From Octopus sinensis (lineage: Eukaryota): a stretch of 64,000 bases of DNA. A program made the position numbers and the translations under genes. Each line of letters starts with the position of its first letter. Within the stretch, counting starts at the first letter, position 1. Positions 12,410 to 24,247 of this stretch are shown piece after piece. The stretch covers positions 81,530,001 to 81,594,000 of the forward strand of contig NC_043002.1 in assembly GCF_006345805.1 (NCBI RefSeq), written 5' to 3'. The notes under the pieces are model-generated. The model ran no database searches and was not told the origin of the DNA. It was given only the letters and a program-made list of their open reading frames with translations.

Positions 12410-12742
12410 GTGGCGCTCCGTCGGTTTCGATAACGACGACGAGGGTTCCAGTTGATCCGATCTGCAGAACAGCCTGCTCGTGAAATTAACGTGCATGTGG
12501 CTGAGCAATCCACAAACACACGAATTCCATAATGTAGTTCTCAAGGAGATTCAGCGTGACACAGAGTGTGAGAAGGCTGAACCTTTTGTAATAACGGTAG
12601 TAGTCACTATTGCTAGTTGAGTGTACTGGAGTAACGTGAAATAAAGTGCTTTGTCAAGGGCACAACACGTCGCTGTATATCGAACTCACAACCTTACAAT
12701 CGTGAACCGAATGTCCCTAACTACTGAGGCACACGCCTGCAC
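12410..12742 (-). mobile_element. tRNA-headed CORE-like SINE with RTE-type tail
   Basis: Head gtgcaggcgtgtgcctcagtagttaggg...gttcga; central ttgacaaagcactttatttcacg; tail cacgttaatttcacgagcaggctgttc...gaaccctcgtcgtc shared with the 46280 copy. Confidence 0.75.
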
Positions 12743-12755
12743 TCGATTTTTCCTT

Positions 12756-13354
12756 ACTCATTTAGAAATATACATGTGTCTTTGTATGTCTATATTTTAC
12801 TGTGCGTATGCACACACCGCAAGATTTGTCCTGAAACTAATACAAAATTGGTATAACACTTTTATTAACTGACATCGGTCGTCCAAATTGCTTCCGTTCG
12901 TAATGTAACTTTCTCTCTAGTAACTACTTCTCTTTACAGGAAAATAATAAGTTCCAAGAAGAAACCCCATCCCGTTATAGAGCTCTTGAATAAGGTGAAG
13001 TACAAGCTATCTGACATCCACAGGACGCTACAGGTTGTTTACGAAGATGACACCGTTGACAAGAGCAATGTACACAGGTGTCCGAAGACGTTCAGAGAAG
13101 TAGAAACGAGCACTGAGAACAAGACATGCGACCAGTAACACGAAACAACAAGCATGTGGTCACACCGATACGCAGACACGAATCGCAATGGGTGAGCTTG
13201 CTGCCCAACTAGACAGTCGTCAAAATGTTTTAAAGTAAATGGTAATAAAAGTGTTATACCAATTTTGTATTAGTTTCGGGACAAATCTTGCGGTGTGTGC
13301 ATATGCACAGTAACACATAGACATACAAAGACACATGTATATTTCTAAATGGGT
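12756..13354. repeat. ~112 bp inverted repeats (12756-12867 / 13243-13354) flanking a mariner fragment
   Basis: The arms align in reverse complement with about 5 mismatches. Confidence 0.85.
12950..13140 (+). pseudogene. mariner transposase N-terminal HTH fragment
   Basis: KKPHPVIELLNKVKYKLSDIHRTLQVVYEDDTVDKSNVHRCPKTFREVETS resembles the mariner N-terminus (RAVIEFL...DIH..L..VYG...VD.S.V.RW...F..G.TS). Confidence 0.65.
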
Positions 13355-13739
13355 GTCAGAAAGTGTGTGCTGAAAGTGGGTTCGAGGTCGAACCCACAAG
13401 AGTAAACAAGAGAGATAGAGACAGACAGAAACAAGCAAAATGTCCCTTGTATTTGAATTCTATGCAAATATTCTTTTGAAAAAACTTTTTTTTTTATTTT
13501 TCCAAAATTTACTTGCTTTTCATACTTACATTTGAAAAAGTCTCAATGACTGAAACCGGTACTGAAATGTTTTTTATAAAATCAATTTAGCATTTTTACC
13601 TTTACTTTTTTCCTTAAATATCAACTCGTGTGTTCCTTTTCAAACTTCTACACACATATATATATATATATAATATATATATGATGTATGTATGTATAAT
13701 ATATATATATAATATATATATATATATTATATATATATG

Positions 13740-13900
13740 CGACGAGCTCCTCTCAATTTCCATCTATCAAATCCATTCACAAGGCTCTGGTCGGCCCAAG
13801 GTTTAGTTGAAAACGTTTGCCCAGGATGCCACGCAATGGGACTGAACCCAAAAGCATGTAATTGAAAAGCAAACTTCTTACCGCACAGCCACGCCCGTAC
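13740..13900 (-). mobile_element. tRNA-headed SINE (family with head ggcgtggctgtgtggtaagaagtttgctt)
   Basis: Homologous copies at 22551-22702 and 50983-51435. Confidence 0.75.
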
Positions 13901-13903
13901 TTT

Positions 13904-13994
<91 letters not shown>

Positions 13995-14469
13995 GTCGTA
14001 CATTTTGTTTCCACGCCGAAATACAAGTAACAGACATATAGCAAATATTTAAATAGTTATTCCTAAGTAAATTAATACACACACACACGCACACACATTA
14101 TAAAGGGAACTACTACATATCTAACATAGTTATGTGTATTCCTATGTATGTGTGTATATATATACCTATGTGTTTTATGTGTGTTTATATGTTTGGGTGT
14201 ATGTATGTGTGTATGTATGTATGTATGTATGTATGTATGTATGTATGCATATATATACATGATGCGTGTATATATATATATGCGTGTGCGTTTAATTCCT
14301 CCCTCAAATAATTAAATTTCAGATTGGTTCAACAAAATATCAATAATTTGATTAAAAATATATAATGATAATGATAATAAAACGATAATAATAATAATAA
14401 CAACAACAACAACAATAACAATAATAATAATAATAATAATTCCTGGTATTAATAATAATAATAATAATA

Positions 14470-14520
<51 letters not shown>

Positions 14521-14811
14521 GTTATTATCATTATTATTATTATTATCGTGATGATGATCACAATGACGATGATGATGGTGATGATGATAATGATATCGAT
14601 TTGATAAGTGTTTTGTTTTCCTTTTGTTTTTTTTTTAGTATTTATTTCCTGTGTCTTTGTCATTTTATAATTTGTTTCTCTGTTTGTTGTTGTTGTTATT
14701 GTTGTTGTTGTTGCTATTGTTGTTTCTAGTGTTGTCGTTGTTGTTTTCAATCAATTGTAGTCGAGTTTGTGTGGTTTGGATTGGTTTATCTAAAATGGCG
14801 CTTGTTGGAAA

Positions 14812-14925
14812 TTAAGAAATGAATACAACAAATATAATGTCTTTGACGTGGGTTGTCGTTATTGTTTTGGTCGTTATTACTATGCTTCTAGTTGTTGTTG
14901 TTGATGCTGCTGCTGCTGCTGCTGC

Positions 14926-14969
<44 letters not shown>

Positions 14970-15254
14970 TTGTTAAACAACAAGACGGGTAAGGGGGATT
15001 CGGTGATGGTCTAGGGCTTAGGGGCGGGACACCCCAGACCTTGGAAAAAAACAAAAAAAAAGACTTTGGTCGTCTTGTTGTAGTCGAGGACTCTTCGTTG
15101 ACGCCCGACACCACTGGGAGGTGGACCTCGAAGTCGCTGGATATGGAGATCTCCAGGTCCAAATTCTTGAACGGCTGTCGTTGCTGGTGCTGCTGCTGGT
15201 ACTGCTGCTGCTGCTGCTGATGCTGATGATGATGATGCGTCACGCTAACTCTGT
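14812..15254 (-). CDS. Candidate coding exon with polyH/polyQ and polyT/polyA tracts, product unknown
   Basis: Non-repeat core QPFKNLDLEISISSDFEVHLPVVSGVNEESS uses mostly G/C-ending codons in an AT-rich context; possible acceptor ccccag at 15255-15260. No family recognised. Confidence 0.35.
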
Positions 15255-16432
15255 CTGGGGATTACGTTAAGGGTATACGTGCCTTTGGTGAAAGCGTTGC
15301 AGCCTAGTGGTTAGGGGTTTGGATTATGTTCTTAACACCATGAGTCCAATTTGTAGTCTGCATTGTACGTTGTGTTTTTAAGGCACTCCAGTACTACGTT
15401 GTTCCAATCTATCCAACTGTGATGAAAACAACAAGGTACTGGTGCAGCTTCGTCGATGTTGTGCTGTTTCATAGACAGGGTGGTCGAGAGTGTGTTTATG
15501 TCTGCTTACGACTACATAGGCACCTAAAACAAACAGCAAAAGCATGATACATATCACCAAACCATATTTTCTTGTGAGTGGCGGGTAGCTTTAATACACG
15601 TGTCTGCGAAATATTCAACCACTTACGCGCTTATTCAATGAGAAATCAGTTCAGTTGATCGAATAACTAAATACGCATCGACTAAACCGACGGAGATCCA
15701 ATTACGATATTTCGGTTGAACGGTTGTAAGTTTGTATATTTATACAATCCTCTCTGCTTTTACAGCAGAGACGTGCCTGTTCGTTTGTTAACGACATACA
15801 TATATACAGCTGTATTGGCTGAGCTAGCGATTGTTAAATATCTCCGCTACCTCACTCTAACTTGATGTATGTGTGCGTAATATGTGTTATAAATACAAAT
15901 GCCAATATGCTGTGGCTTGGCAAAGTATCATCTGGTTACAATTTCTCAGTTTCTGCGATGTAACCATAAATAACCATAAATAATTATCAACTCCCACAAA
16001 GGTCATTAATTATAGAATGGACATTAATTTAGTAGTGACCATTACATTATGTCCATAATTTCTTTTAGACCAGACCATTGTTAGTAGATGCAATCAAATT
16101 TTGACCATATATTTCACAATCATCATTAATGTTCCGGTAATCATTAATTTAAACCTAATCAGAACATTAACGTTTGACCGTGAGCTTAGATGTTAACATC
16201 TGAAACAATATTCTCTTCTGTTTTGTTTTATTTTATTTTGTTTAGTTTTTTTTTTTTTTATTCCATGTTGACTTTACTTCTGACTGATCATTGTTTCATT
16301 TTATAATTAGTCATAGTTGTTTGTATTTACGACTAGTCATATATGAAAACGTCGGCATTGTGTCTTTATTAGAAGGTGAGTGAAGAATATATTATTTATC
16401 AGTCAGGATAGATGGTCACTTTAGGATTCTTC

Positions 16433-16464
<32 letters not shown>

Positions 16465-16950
16465 CATCGTTGTTGTTGTTGTTTAGTCAGAATTGTAGTT
16501 TCTTCTTTCTCATGACATTCGAAGAAGATGCTCTCATGACCTTTATAGGTCCGCCAAGACTAGTAAACGTCGATTCATTTTCTGTCTAACTTGAATTTCC
16601 ACTGACAGCGTGTCAGATATATTGTTGTAGTTGTTCTCATCGTTGTTGCTGTTCTTGTTGTTGTTTAACCACAAGTTGCACCAGATAGAGTAGACATGCA
16701 AGCCGTGCCCATCCCGTCTTTTTCATTTCTTTTCTTTTATTTTTATTTTTAGGTAAAGTATATTTCCGACTATATTACCAAATGTCTCCATTTTTCAAGA
16801 CGGTGCTCTTGCTTGAAGGACAATTTTATTGCTGTTTCTGGTCAGTCGAGCGACCCCGCAAAGACTAACGTCTAGCATACTAAATACATAATTTTGTTAA
16901 ATAATCGTTTTAGTTGTTTGGTTGCCCAATTAATGTGAGGGCGACATACG

Positions 16951-17066
16951 CACTAGTGTAGCTAAAGGAAGCGGCACCGCTTTGGGGTCTGAATATTTTG
17001 TGGTGGCCTGGGGGAGGCTAAAATGATGGGCCGCCCCGGGCGGCACACACTCTAGCTACGTTAGTG
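16951..17066. mobile_element. Small GC-rich MITE (PIF/Harbinger-like appearance)
   Basis: Termini cactagtgtagcta / tagctacgttagtg (14-bp IR, 2 mismatches); superfamily is tentative. Confidence 0.55.
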
Positions 17067-17190
17067 AACATATGTGTTATACTGATACACACCGTTGTCG
17101 ACACATAATGATGCTTGTACATGAAGGCATTTTAATACACACAATTACATGCACATGCACACACACACACATAGTACATATCTATATATA

Positions 17191-17424
17191 AGGCGGCGAG
17201 CTGGCAGAATCGTTAGCACGCCGGGCGAAATGCGTAGCCGTATTTCGTCTGCCGTTACGTTCTGAGTTCAAATTCCGCCGAGGTCGACTTTGCCTTACAT
17301 CCTTTCAGGGTCGATAAATTAAGTACCAGTTACGCACTGGGGTCGATGTAATCGACTTAATCCGTTTGTCTGTCCTTGTTTGTCCCCTCTATGTTTAGCC
17401 CCTTGTGGGCAATAAAGAAACAGA
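17191..17424 (+). mobile_element. SINE-A (tRNA head, central ggtcgactttgcctttcatcctttcggggtcgataaa domain, tail ending aataaagaaa)
   Basis: Full-length copy; more than ten related copies in this window. Confidence 0.9.
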
Positions 17425-17859
17425 TATCTATAACATATCTATATATCTTTATCAATCCTTGTCCACCATATCTCCTTCTCTTTCTCACCCTCCCATACTC
17501 TTTTTATTTTTCTATAAAATTCGGTAAAGAATTCTTTAGAGGAGGAAATCTGATTAGTCTTGTAAGAATCTCTGGTTTTGGTTTTAAAATAATACATCCA
17601 CTCTGCTTCATACATTTAATACTGTGGCTTATATAATATTTTTATTCTTTCGCGTTTCTACACGGATTTTACATAGTATTACACGCACGCACGCACACAC
17701 ACACACACACACAAGCGGATACATTCTTGAAGAACTGAAGCAGGAGTACCTCTTTATAAACTAATCCCCCAAATAAAGAATATAATACGTTACATTTGTA
17801 TGTATATATGTGTGTCTGTGCGTGTGTGTGTACGTGTGTGTGTGTGCGTGTGTGTGTGC

Positions 17860-17913
<54 letters not shown>

Positions 17914-18814
17914 CTTTAAACTGGCGGTCTGTTTCGGGAGTTCCATGGTCTTGAAGAGTGTGGAGCCACTTGTTAGCCACTATCGTTCCCCAGGTCTATT
18001 CTGACCAATAGCAGCATCTGCCAAGGTCCCATCTCTGCGTGGTGGCGTAGAAATACCCTTGATTGTTGTCAGAGCGTGAAGGAAAACCACCGGGAGTGAC
18101 GGACCGGTAAGTGTCATTCACCGGATCAACCTCTGCCTTGTAACAGAAATTGTGTAGACAGAAACCGCGCAGAAATTCGTTGGCTGGATTAAAGGTCCAG
18201 TAATTCAAAGGTTCAGCCTTATGGCTCAACGCATCACGCTAATTCCGTTTGAGGATCATGTGAAGGGTCACAGCATCCTTCTAGAAGAGGGACACTTTAA
18301 TGTAAAACCTGTGGTTTCACGTAATTACTGGTCATCTCTCTTCGGCCTGTTGACAGGTTCTAATCACAGCTGCTCAGTTGTAGTTATCTTGTACAAGCGT
18401 TTGTCAGTATAGTCCAGAGGTGGGGAAACTTTTTAGTGCGGCGGGCAAAATTTCCAATGAAAAAGATCCTCGGGCGGTTCACAAGTTCTAACTCTTATAT
18501 CTGTGTAAATCTTGTATATATCTATGCATAATTCGATATACATTAATAAACATAAGTTTAACACATTAAATTAACGCGTAATGTCTTCATTAACGCAGCC
18601 ACTAAATTTAAGACGTTTATATTACTTATGAGGTATTCTATGTTTACCAGTTAATGTAGTTGGGTCTCAAGGGGGTGGTATAAAGCTAGTAATATGTGTT
18701 TTAGAGTGAAAGCTAAATTTCCATTCAAATGACAATTAACGGACGATTTTCTGTCCGAGTCGGTTTTAAGTCGTAGTAGAAATGCGACCTATGTCGAAAA
18801 TAAGCATAGGAATA

Positions 18815-19337
18815 CCGTAAATCCTCGAGTATAATCCGCATTTTTTTCCCAAAATTTAACGGTCAAAATCCCTAGTGTGTACTATACACGAGGTTAAAAA
18901 TGAAAAATATTTTCTAAGCAATGTCCGAGTCTCTACTTGCTGTCCGACAATGTTTATTCAGACGCTTTTTGTGATGTCGGGCGCGAAAATACCTTAAGCT
19001 AAGCCTGAAAGCAATGAAGTCATAAAAGAATCATCTATAACTTGCAGTAAGCAACATTTATTAAACGTTATTACTGTTATTACTGTTATTTCTTTATTTT
19101 CTGCAAACAAAATTACACAAAAAAGCTACACGTTTGCATTATGTTATATATACAATAATAATAAAGGATATTAACGTATAAATTTTTACAAACCAAGGAT
19201 GTTATATAGACCTCCTTGACTCAAGTTAGAGAAGGGGTGCGTATTATACACAAGGTTTAGGTTTTTCAGAGGTTCAGCCCCCTAAAAATCCCCTGCGTAT
19301 TATATTCAAGGGCGGACTATACTCGAGGATTTACGGT
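18815..19337. mobile_element. pogo/Tigger-like non-autonomous DNA transposon
   Basis: Perfect 19-bp TIR ccgtaaatcctcgagtata / tatactcgaggatttacgg, flanked by TA on both sides. Confidence 0.85.
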
Positions 19338-19926
19338 ACTGTATAAATTTTATAATTGAAAAAGTTATATATTTTGTATGTACGAGTATACAAGCCTGAA
19401 GTGATACCTACAATGAAGCTACTTGATATTTCGCAGAAGTTAAACTGCTCTACATACACGCACACACACACACACATACACACACGCACACACACACACA
19501 CACATATATATACATGTATGTATATGTATATATATGTCTTATTTGTTTGCTTGTTTTCCTTTTGTTTGTTTTTCTTTTGATGCTAATCTTTATATAAATA
19601 TCGATAATTCAATTCAATTAATTGTCATTACATATATATTACATCTCTAACTAGAAATATTATCAGTGGGTGTTTAAAATATTGATTTCTTAAGTAGGAC
19701 CAACATTTCAAGAGAAATGGTAATTGGCAGCTATTTTAAGTCTCCTTTAATGAGTATTAGGGGAGTAAGCAAGTGAAATGAAATCGTTCCAACCCGGAGT
19801 CAAAACAGCCTTTCTTCTACTCACTAGAAGCTTGCCTGTTTGTCTGCTGCGCTACCTTTAATGAAGGAAACTGCTTTACAGTTACCGAAGATTATTTCTG
19901 GAAAACAGGATAAATATGGTGGATCT

Positions 19927-20284
19927 GTGAAGGCGCATGGCTCAGTGGTTAGAGCGTCGGGTTCACAATCATGAGGTAGTGAGTTCGATTCCTGGACCAA
20001 GCTGTGTGTTGTGCTCTCGAGTAAGTCACTTTATTTCACGTTGCTCCACTTTACTCAGTTGTAGAAAAGAGTTGGACGTAACCGTCACCAAGCTTTATCA
20101 GCCTTTGACTTTCCTTCGGATAACATCGGTGGCGCGCTGAGGGGAGGCTGGTATGCATGGGCGACTACTGGTCTCCTATAAACAACCTTACACGAACTTG
20201 TGCCTCGCGGGGGTGGGGGACATTCTAGGTGCAATCCTATGGTCATTCATGACCGAAGGGATTGCACCTTTACCCTTTACCCTT
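19927..20284 (+). mobile_element. tRNA-headed CORE-like SINE ending in (TTTACCC)n
   Basis: A box tggctcagtgg, B box gagttcgattcc, central tgtgttgtgctctcgagtaagtcactttatttcacg. Confidence 0.8.
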
Positions 20285-20296
20285 ATCCGGAGAGAA

Positions 20297-20587
20297 TCAT
20301 CACGCCAATAATAAACACACGCACTGGTTCAATTTCAGTTCTTTATTATTAAGCAATTGGTTAGTTATTTAACCATATAACTAATCGATCGCTTGCTCAG
20401 TCGATCAAACTATTAATCAGTTGTTTATCAAAGTCTTTTGGTTGCCATTCGTGACCTCGGGAATGATATGCTCTCTTGAGAGATTTGACAAGCAATCTAT
20501 TAATTGGTTGATTAAAGGACTAAACAGATGATTCCTAATAAAGAAGTTAAATTGAGCCAGAGCGTGTGTTTATCATTGGTGTAATGA
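20297..20587. mobile_element. Fold-back MITE-like element with ~50 bp imperfect terminal inverted repeats
   Basis: 20297-20348 is the reverse complement of 20536-20587 (ccaat.ataaacacacgc.ctgg.tcaattt...ttctttatta). Confidence 0.6.
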
Positions 20588-20736
20588 CCTTCTCAAGTTA
20601 CAACAAAATTTAACGCTAACAAAAAGAATTCAACCTAAGTCATTCTCTCATTCAACTAATGCTGACCTCATTGGATAATGAAAATGTCTAATAAAAATTA
20701 AATATAAACACATTTACGTATGAATACGTATATAAC

Positions 20737-20930
20737 GCCATGATAGATCGTTAGCTCCTACACGCATTTTTTTCTCTCCTTGTTTTTTTCCGTGTATCTT
20801 TCTGTCGTAGAGCGTAGGCTCGAAACGTAAAAGACTTTTTCTATTCCTGAGCGCTATACTAATACATTTATTTGTTTGTACTCCACCTGCCTTCGTCCTT
20901 TGTTTATTTTCGTAAACTTTCCCTTTATAT
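20737..20930 (+). mobile_element. Short HHR-bearing repeat (family F3) ending in (TA)n
   Basis: Homologous minus-strand copy at ~32705-32908; motif TCTTT-CTGTCGT-A-GAGC-gtag-GCTC-GAAACGT-A-AAAGA at 20797-20834. Confidence 0.7.
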
Positions 20931-20937
20931 ATATATA

Positions 20938-21160
20938 TATTTCTTTACTACCCACAAGGGGCTACACACAGAGGGGACAAATAAGGACAGACAAACGGAT
21001 TACGTCGACCCCAGTGCGTAACTGGTACTTAATTTATCGACCCCGAAAGGATGAAAGGCAAAGTCGACCTCGGCGGAATTTGAACTCAGAACGTAACGGC
21101 AGACGAAATACAGCTACGCATTTCGCCCAGCGTGCTAACGTTTCTGCCAGCTCGCCGCCC
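20938..21160 (-). mobile_element. SINE-A
   Basis: Reverse complement of the 17191 family, full length. Confidence 0.9.
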
Positions 21161-21221
21161 TTTATATATATATATATTATATATATATATTATATATATA
21201 TATGTGTGTGTGTGTGTGTGG

Positions 21222-21252
<31 letters not shown>

Positions 21253-21525
21253 TGTTGTAAAATTGTATGCAAGGAGGAACTTTGTAGGATGCTGCGTAAA
21301 GCTCGGCACTGTTTTTAGGTATCAGGTGTCATCAACAGTACAGATGCATTTGCTAGTGAATTTAATTCAGGCATTCCTTGGGTGTCCGCAGAGTTTATAT
21401 AAACACATCAGAGTTGAAACAACTGACATAGATTTTACAGTTCTATATTTAAGAGATGAGGAATTATGTACATTATTTATATTATTTACATTTGACGGAT
21501 ATTTGTCCCCATCTTGTTTGTTGCT

Positions 21526-21571
21526 AACACAACGTTTCGGCTGATATAACCTCCAGCCTTCATCAGGAGTC
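21526..21571 (-). ncRNA. Minimal type I hammerhead ribozyme motif (F1), canonical core
   Basis: GACTC-CTGATGA-A-GGCTG-gaggttatat-CAGCC-GAAAC-GTT-GTGTT; intact core and stem II, one mismatch in stem I. Confidence 0.75.
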
Positions 21572-21694
21572 TTGGGGAAATTTCGAACCTGGGTTCTCAT
21601 TCCCAAGGTATTTTTGATGTTGTTATTATTACTATTATTCCAGGCAGGGACCTGAATAATAATAATAAAATAATAATAATAATAATAATAATAA

Positions 21695-21765
<71 letters not shown>

Positions 21766-21837
21766 CAACAACAACAACAACACAACAACATCGAAAAATA
21801 CCTTGGGAATGAGAACCCATGTCCGAAATTTCCCCAA

Positions 21838-21885
21838 GACACCCGATGAAAGCTGGAGGATATATATCAGCCGAAACGTTGTGTT
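21838..21885 (+). ncRNA. Minimal type I hammerhead ribozyme motif (F1), U4C variant
   Basis: GACAC-CCGATGA-A-AGCTG-gaggatatatat-CAGCC-GAAAC-GTT-GTGTT; stem I GACAC/GTGTT intact. Confidence 0.7.
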
Positions 21886-22550
21886 AACAACAAACAAGAT
21901 GAGGACAAATATCCGTCAAATGTAAATAATGTAAATAAAGTGTCATAGATTTGAATAAAGAATCTCCTGAATTCCATTTTCTGTTTCTGCTCTATATATA
22001 TATATGTACAGCAAGAGGTCAGATTATTTTGCTTACAAGCTATGTGGACAAAGTCAAACGGAGCTGAATATCTTGTCTTTTTCTTTCCCCTTTCTCTCCT
22101 CTCTCTGTCTCTCTCTTGTCCCTGTCATTTTCCTGGCAAAATTACGTTTCATAGTACTACTCACTATAAACGTTCATGAATGTCCAATATTTCAGTGAAA
22201 TAAGCAAACATCTTCAAATTATCTTCAATGAGAACACCGAAAAACAATTTCTATGAAGGTTGTATCTGTACACCATATATCATTTGTTGTCGGCTCATTT
22301 CTAAACATGGTGCAAGATTAGTCAACATTGAACTAGGGAAATAATTGTAAACGCTTAAATAAAGGTAATATCGCAAATTCCAATCTTCAAAGTTTATTAA
22401 TTAAGCTTTACAGCGAAAAAGAAATTGATGGATTTTCGGGAACAACAGTGTCGTAAGGGGATTTCCCTGCTTTCAGTTTTCAGATCGTCGCTGTCCGTAG
22501 AAATACTTCGTAATGTAAACGCCTGGATTATATTATCCCGAGTGATGTCA

Positions 22551-22702
22551 TATGTGGCTGTGTAGTAAGAAGTTTGCTTCCTAGTCGCATCGTTCCAGGT
22601 TCAGCCCCACTCTGTGGAACCTAGGGCAAGAGTCTTCTACTATAGCTTCGAGCCGACCAAAGCCTTGTAAGTGGATTCGATAAGCGGAAACTGTGTCGTA
22701 TG
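22551..22702 (+). mobile_element. tRNA-headed SINE (13740 family)
   Basis: gtggctgtgtagtaagaagtttgcttcc...gccgaccaaagccttgtaagtggattcg. Confidence 0.75.
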
Positions 22703-22769
22703 AATGCGCGTGTATGAGAGAGAGAGAGAGAGAGAGAGAGAGCGTGTGTTTCTTTGTGTCTATTTTTTT

Positions 22770-23100
22770 ACCTCCACCTCGACCGCTCTTTCCAACCTAC
22801 AGACGCATGTTCAGAGTAGGCCCACTCACACAGACCTTACTCACCACGCTCACCGATTTTACATTGAAAATACTGAGGGTCAATACTTTTCTCTCCCCTA
22901 AACCTCACTTTCCTTTTCAAGTGGAACTTGAAAAAGTCGATGAATAGGAAAGTATCTGTCCTCAGTCCTTTTAACCTCGTCCACCACACTACCTCCTTTG
23001 CTATAGCTATCTGTCAGAGGAAAACAGTCTACCCTTCGCGGCCAAAACAATGCGATGGGCTGATCATTACGATCCACTCAACCGATAGCCAGATTCGTAA
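22770..23100 (-). mobile_element. Tx1/L1-clade LINE ORF2 C-terminal fragment, degenerate
   Basis: Homologous to 8823-9100 and 25500-25800. Confidence 0.7.
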
Positions 23101-23160
23101 AAATAAATGTGCATATTCTGATGGCAGTACAAAGCCTTGAAATTTTGAAGAAATTCCTAC

Positions 23161-23768
23161 TCGATTATATCGACCTCGGTGCTCAACTAGCACTTATTTT
23201 ATCGATCCCGAAAATATGAAACGCGAAGTCGACCTTCGCAGGACTTAAACTCAGAATGTGAAGAGCCAGAAGAAATGCCACCAGGCATCATGTCCAACAC
23301 GCTAACAATTCTGTCAGCTCGCCGCCTTAGAACCAATAACATTGATTTCCAATTTTAGTACAAGGCCGGCAACTTCAGGGGTGCAAGTTTGTCGATTACA
23401 TCGATCCCAGTACTCAACTGGTACTTATTCTATTGACCCCCCAAAAGGATGGAAGGCAAAATCGACCTTGGCGGAATTTGAACTCAGAATTTAAAGCTGG
23501 TTAAGCATTTTATCTGGCGTGGTAATGGTTCTGCCAGCTTACTGCTTTAGAACCAATAACAACAAGTTCGGAAAGATGGGGATAAGTCAATTACCATCGA
23601 TCCCAGTGCTCAACTGGTACGTAATTTATCGAACTCCGAAAGAATGAAAGGTAAAGTCGACCTCGACGAAATTTGAACTCAGAACATATCAACAGACGAA
23701 ATGCTGCCAAGGTTTTTTGCTCGACGTGCTAACGATTCTGCCACCTGGCCGCCTTAGAACCAATAATA
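23161..23768 (-). repeat. Three diverged tandem SINE-A-type units, each followed by ttagaaccaataa
   Basis: Units ~23161-23340, 23391-23562 and 23586-23768. Confidence 0.8.
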
Positions 23769-24247
23769 ATATTAATAATAATTAATATTAATAATAATAC
23801 GCTAGTCTTGATTCTATGTAACTTCTCTAGAGAAAACAAATTTTTGAAATTTCTCCTAGACAAAAGAAATCAAAAATGAGTAGAATGGCCGGTTGTAAAG
23901 GAGTATATTTTCATTTTTGTTATAACCTACATTGCTATGTTCGCTCAGTCAATATATTATTAACATTTTCATAGCTTAAATAGCTATTATCGTAGCAATA
24001 AAATATATTTCCGTTATCTAAATGACTATGTCTATGGCAGCAACCGAGATTAACATTATCGATACTTAAATTGCTATAACGAGGCATTTGGAATGGTTGA
24101 GTGGACAATGTATCAGTCTGAAAGCAAAATTATCAGGAGTTCGTATAGCATATATACAAATCATATCATATCCCACCGTATCCCATGTATCCCACCCATC
24201 AAACCGTTACAGGGTCTCACTCCACTTGTCAGACAGAAGATGGTAAA

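Larger units (their letters stand above)
21436..21940. mobile_element. Fold-back insertion of the F1 Penelope-like 3' end (two outward-facing 3' ends)
   Basis: Inverted arms 21473-21625 / 21784-21938 around the tRNA 3' remnant attccaggcagggacctg + (AAT)n; candidate 12-bp TSD tgacatagattt (21424-21435) / tgtcatagattt (21941-21952). Confidence 0.8.

Noticed and set aside
16000-16200. Cluster of cattaat/TAAT homeodomain-like sites
   Set aside because: Expected by chance in AT-rich DNA; no independent support.
17921-17950. Plus-strand WRSVSGVP resembling the CR1/L2 RT motif SGVPQGS
   Set aside because: The match does not extend to QGSVLGPLLF in any frame.
23161-23768. CRISPR-like repeat-spacer array
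   Set aside because: Eukaryotic SINE-derived units with homologous interiors; no unique spacers and no cas genes.
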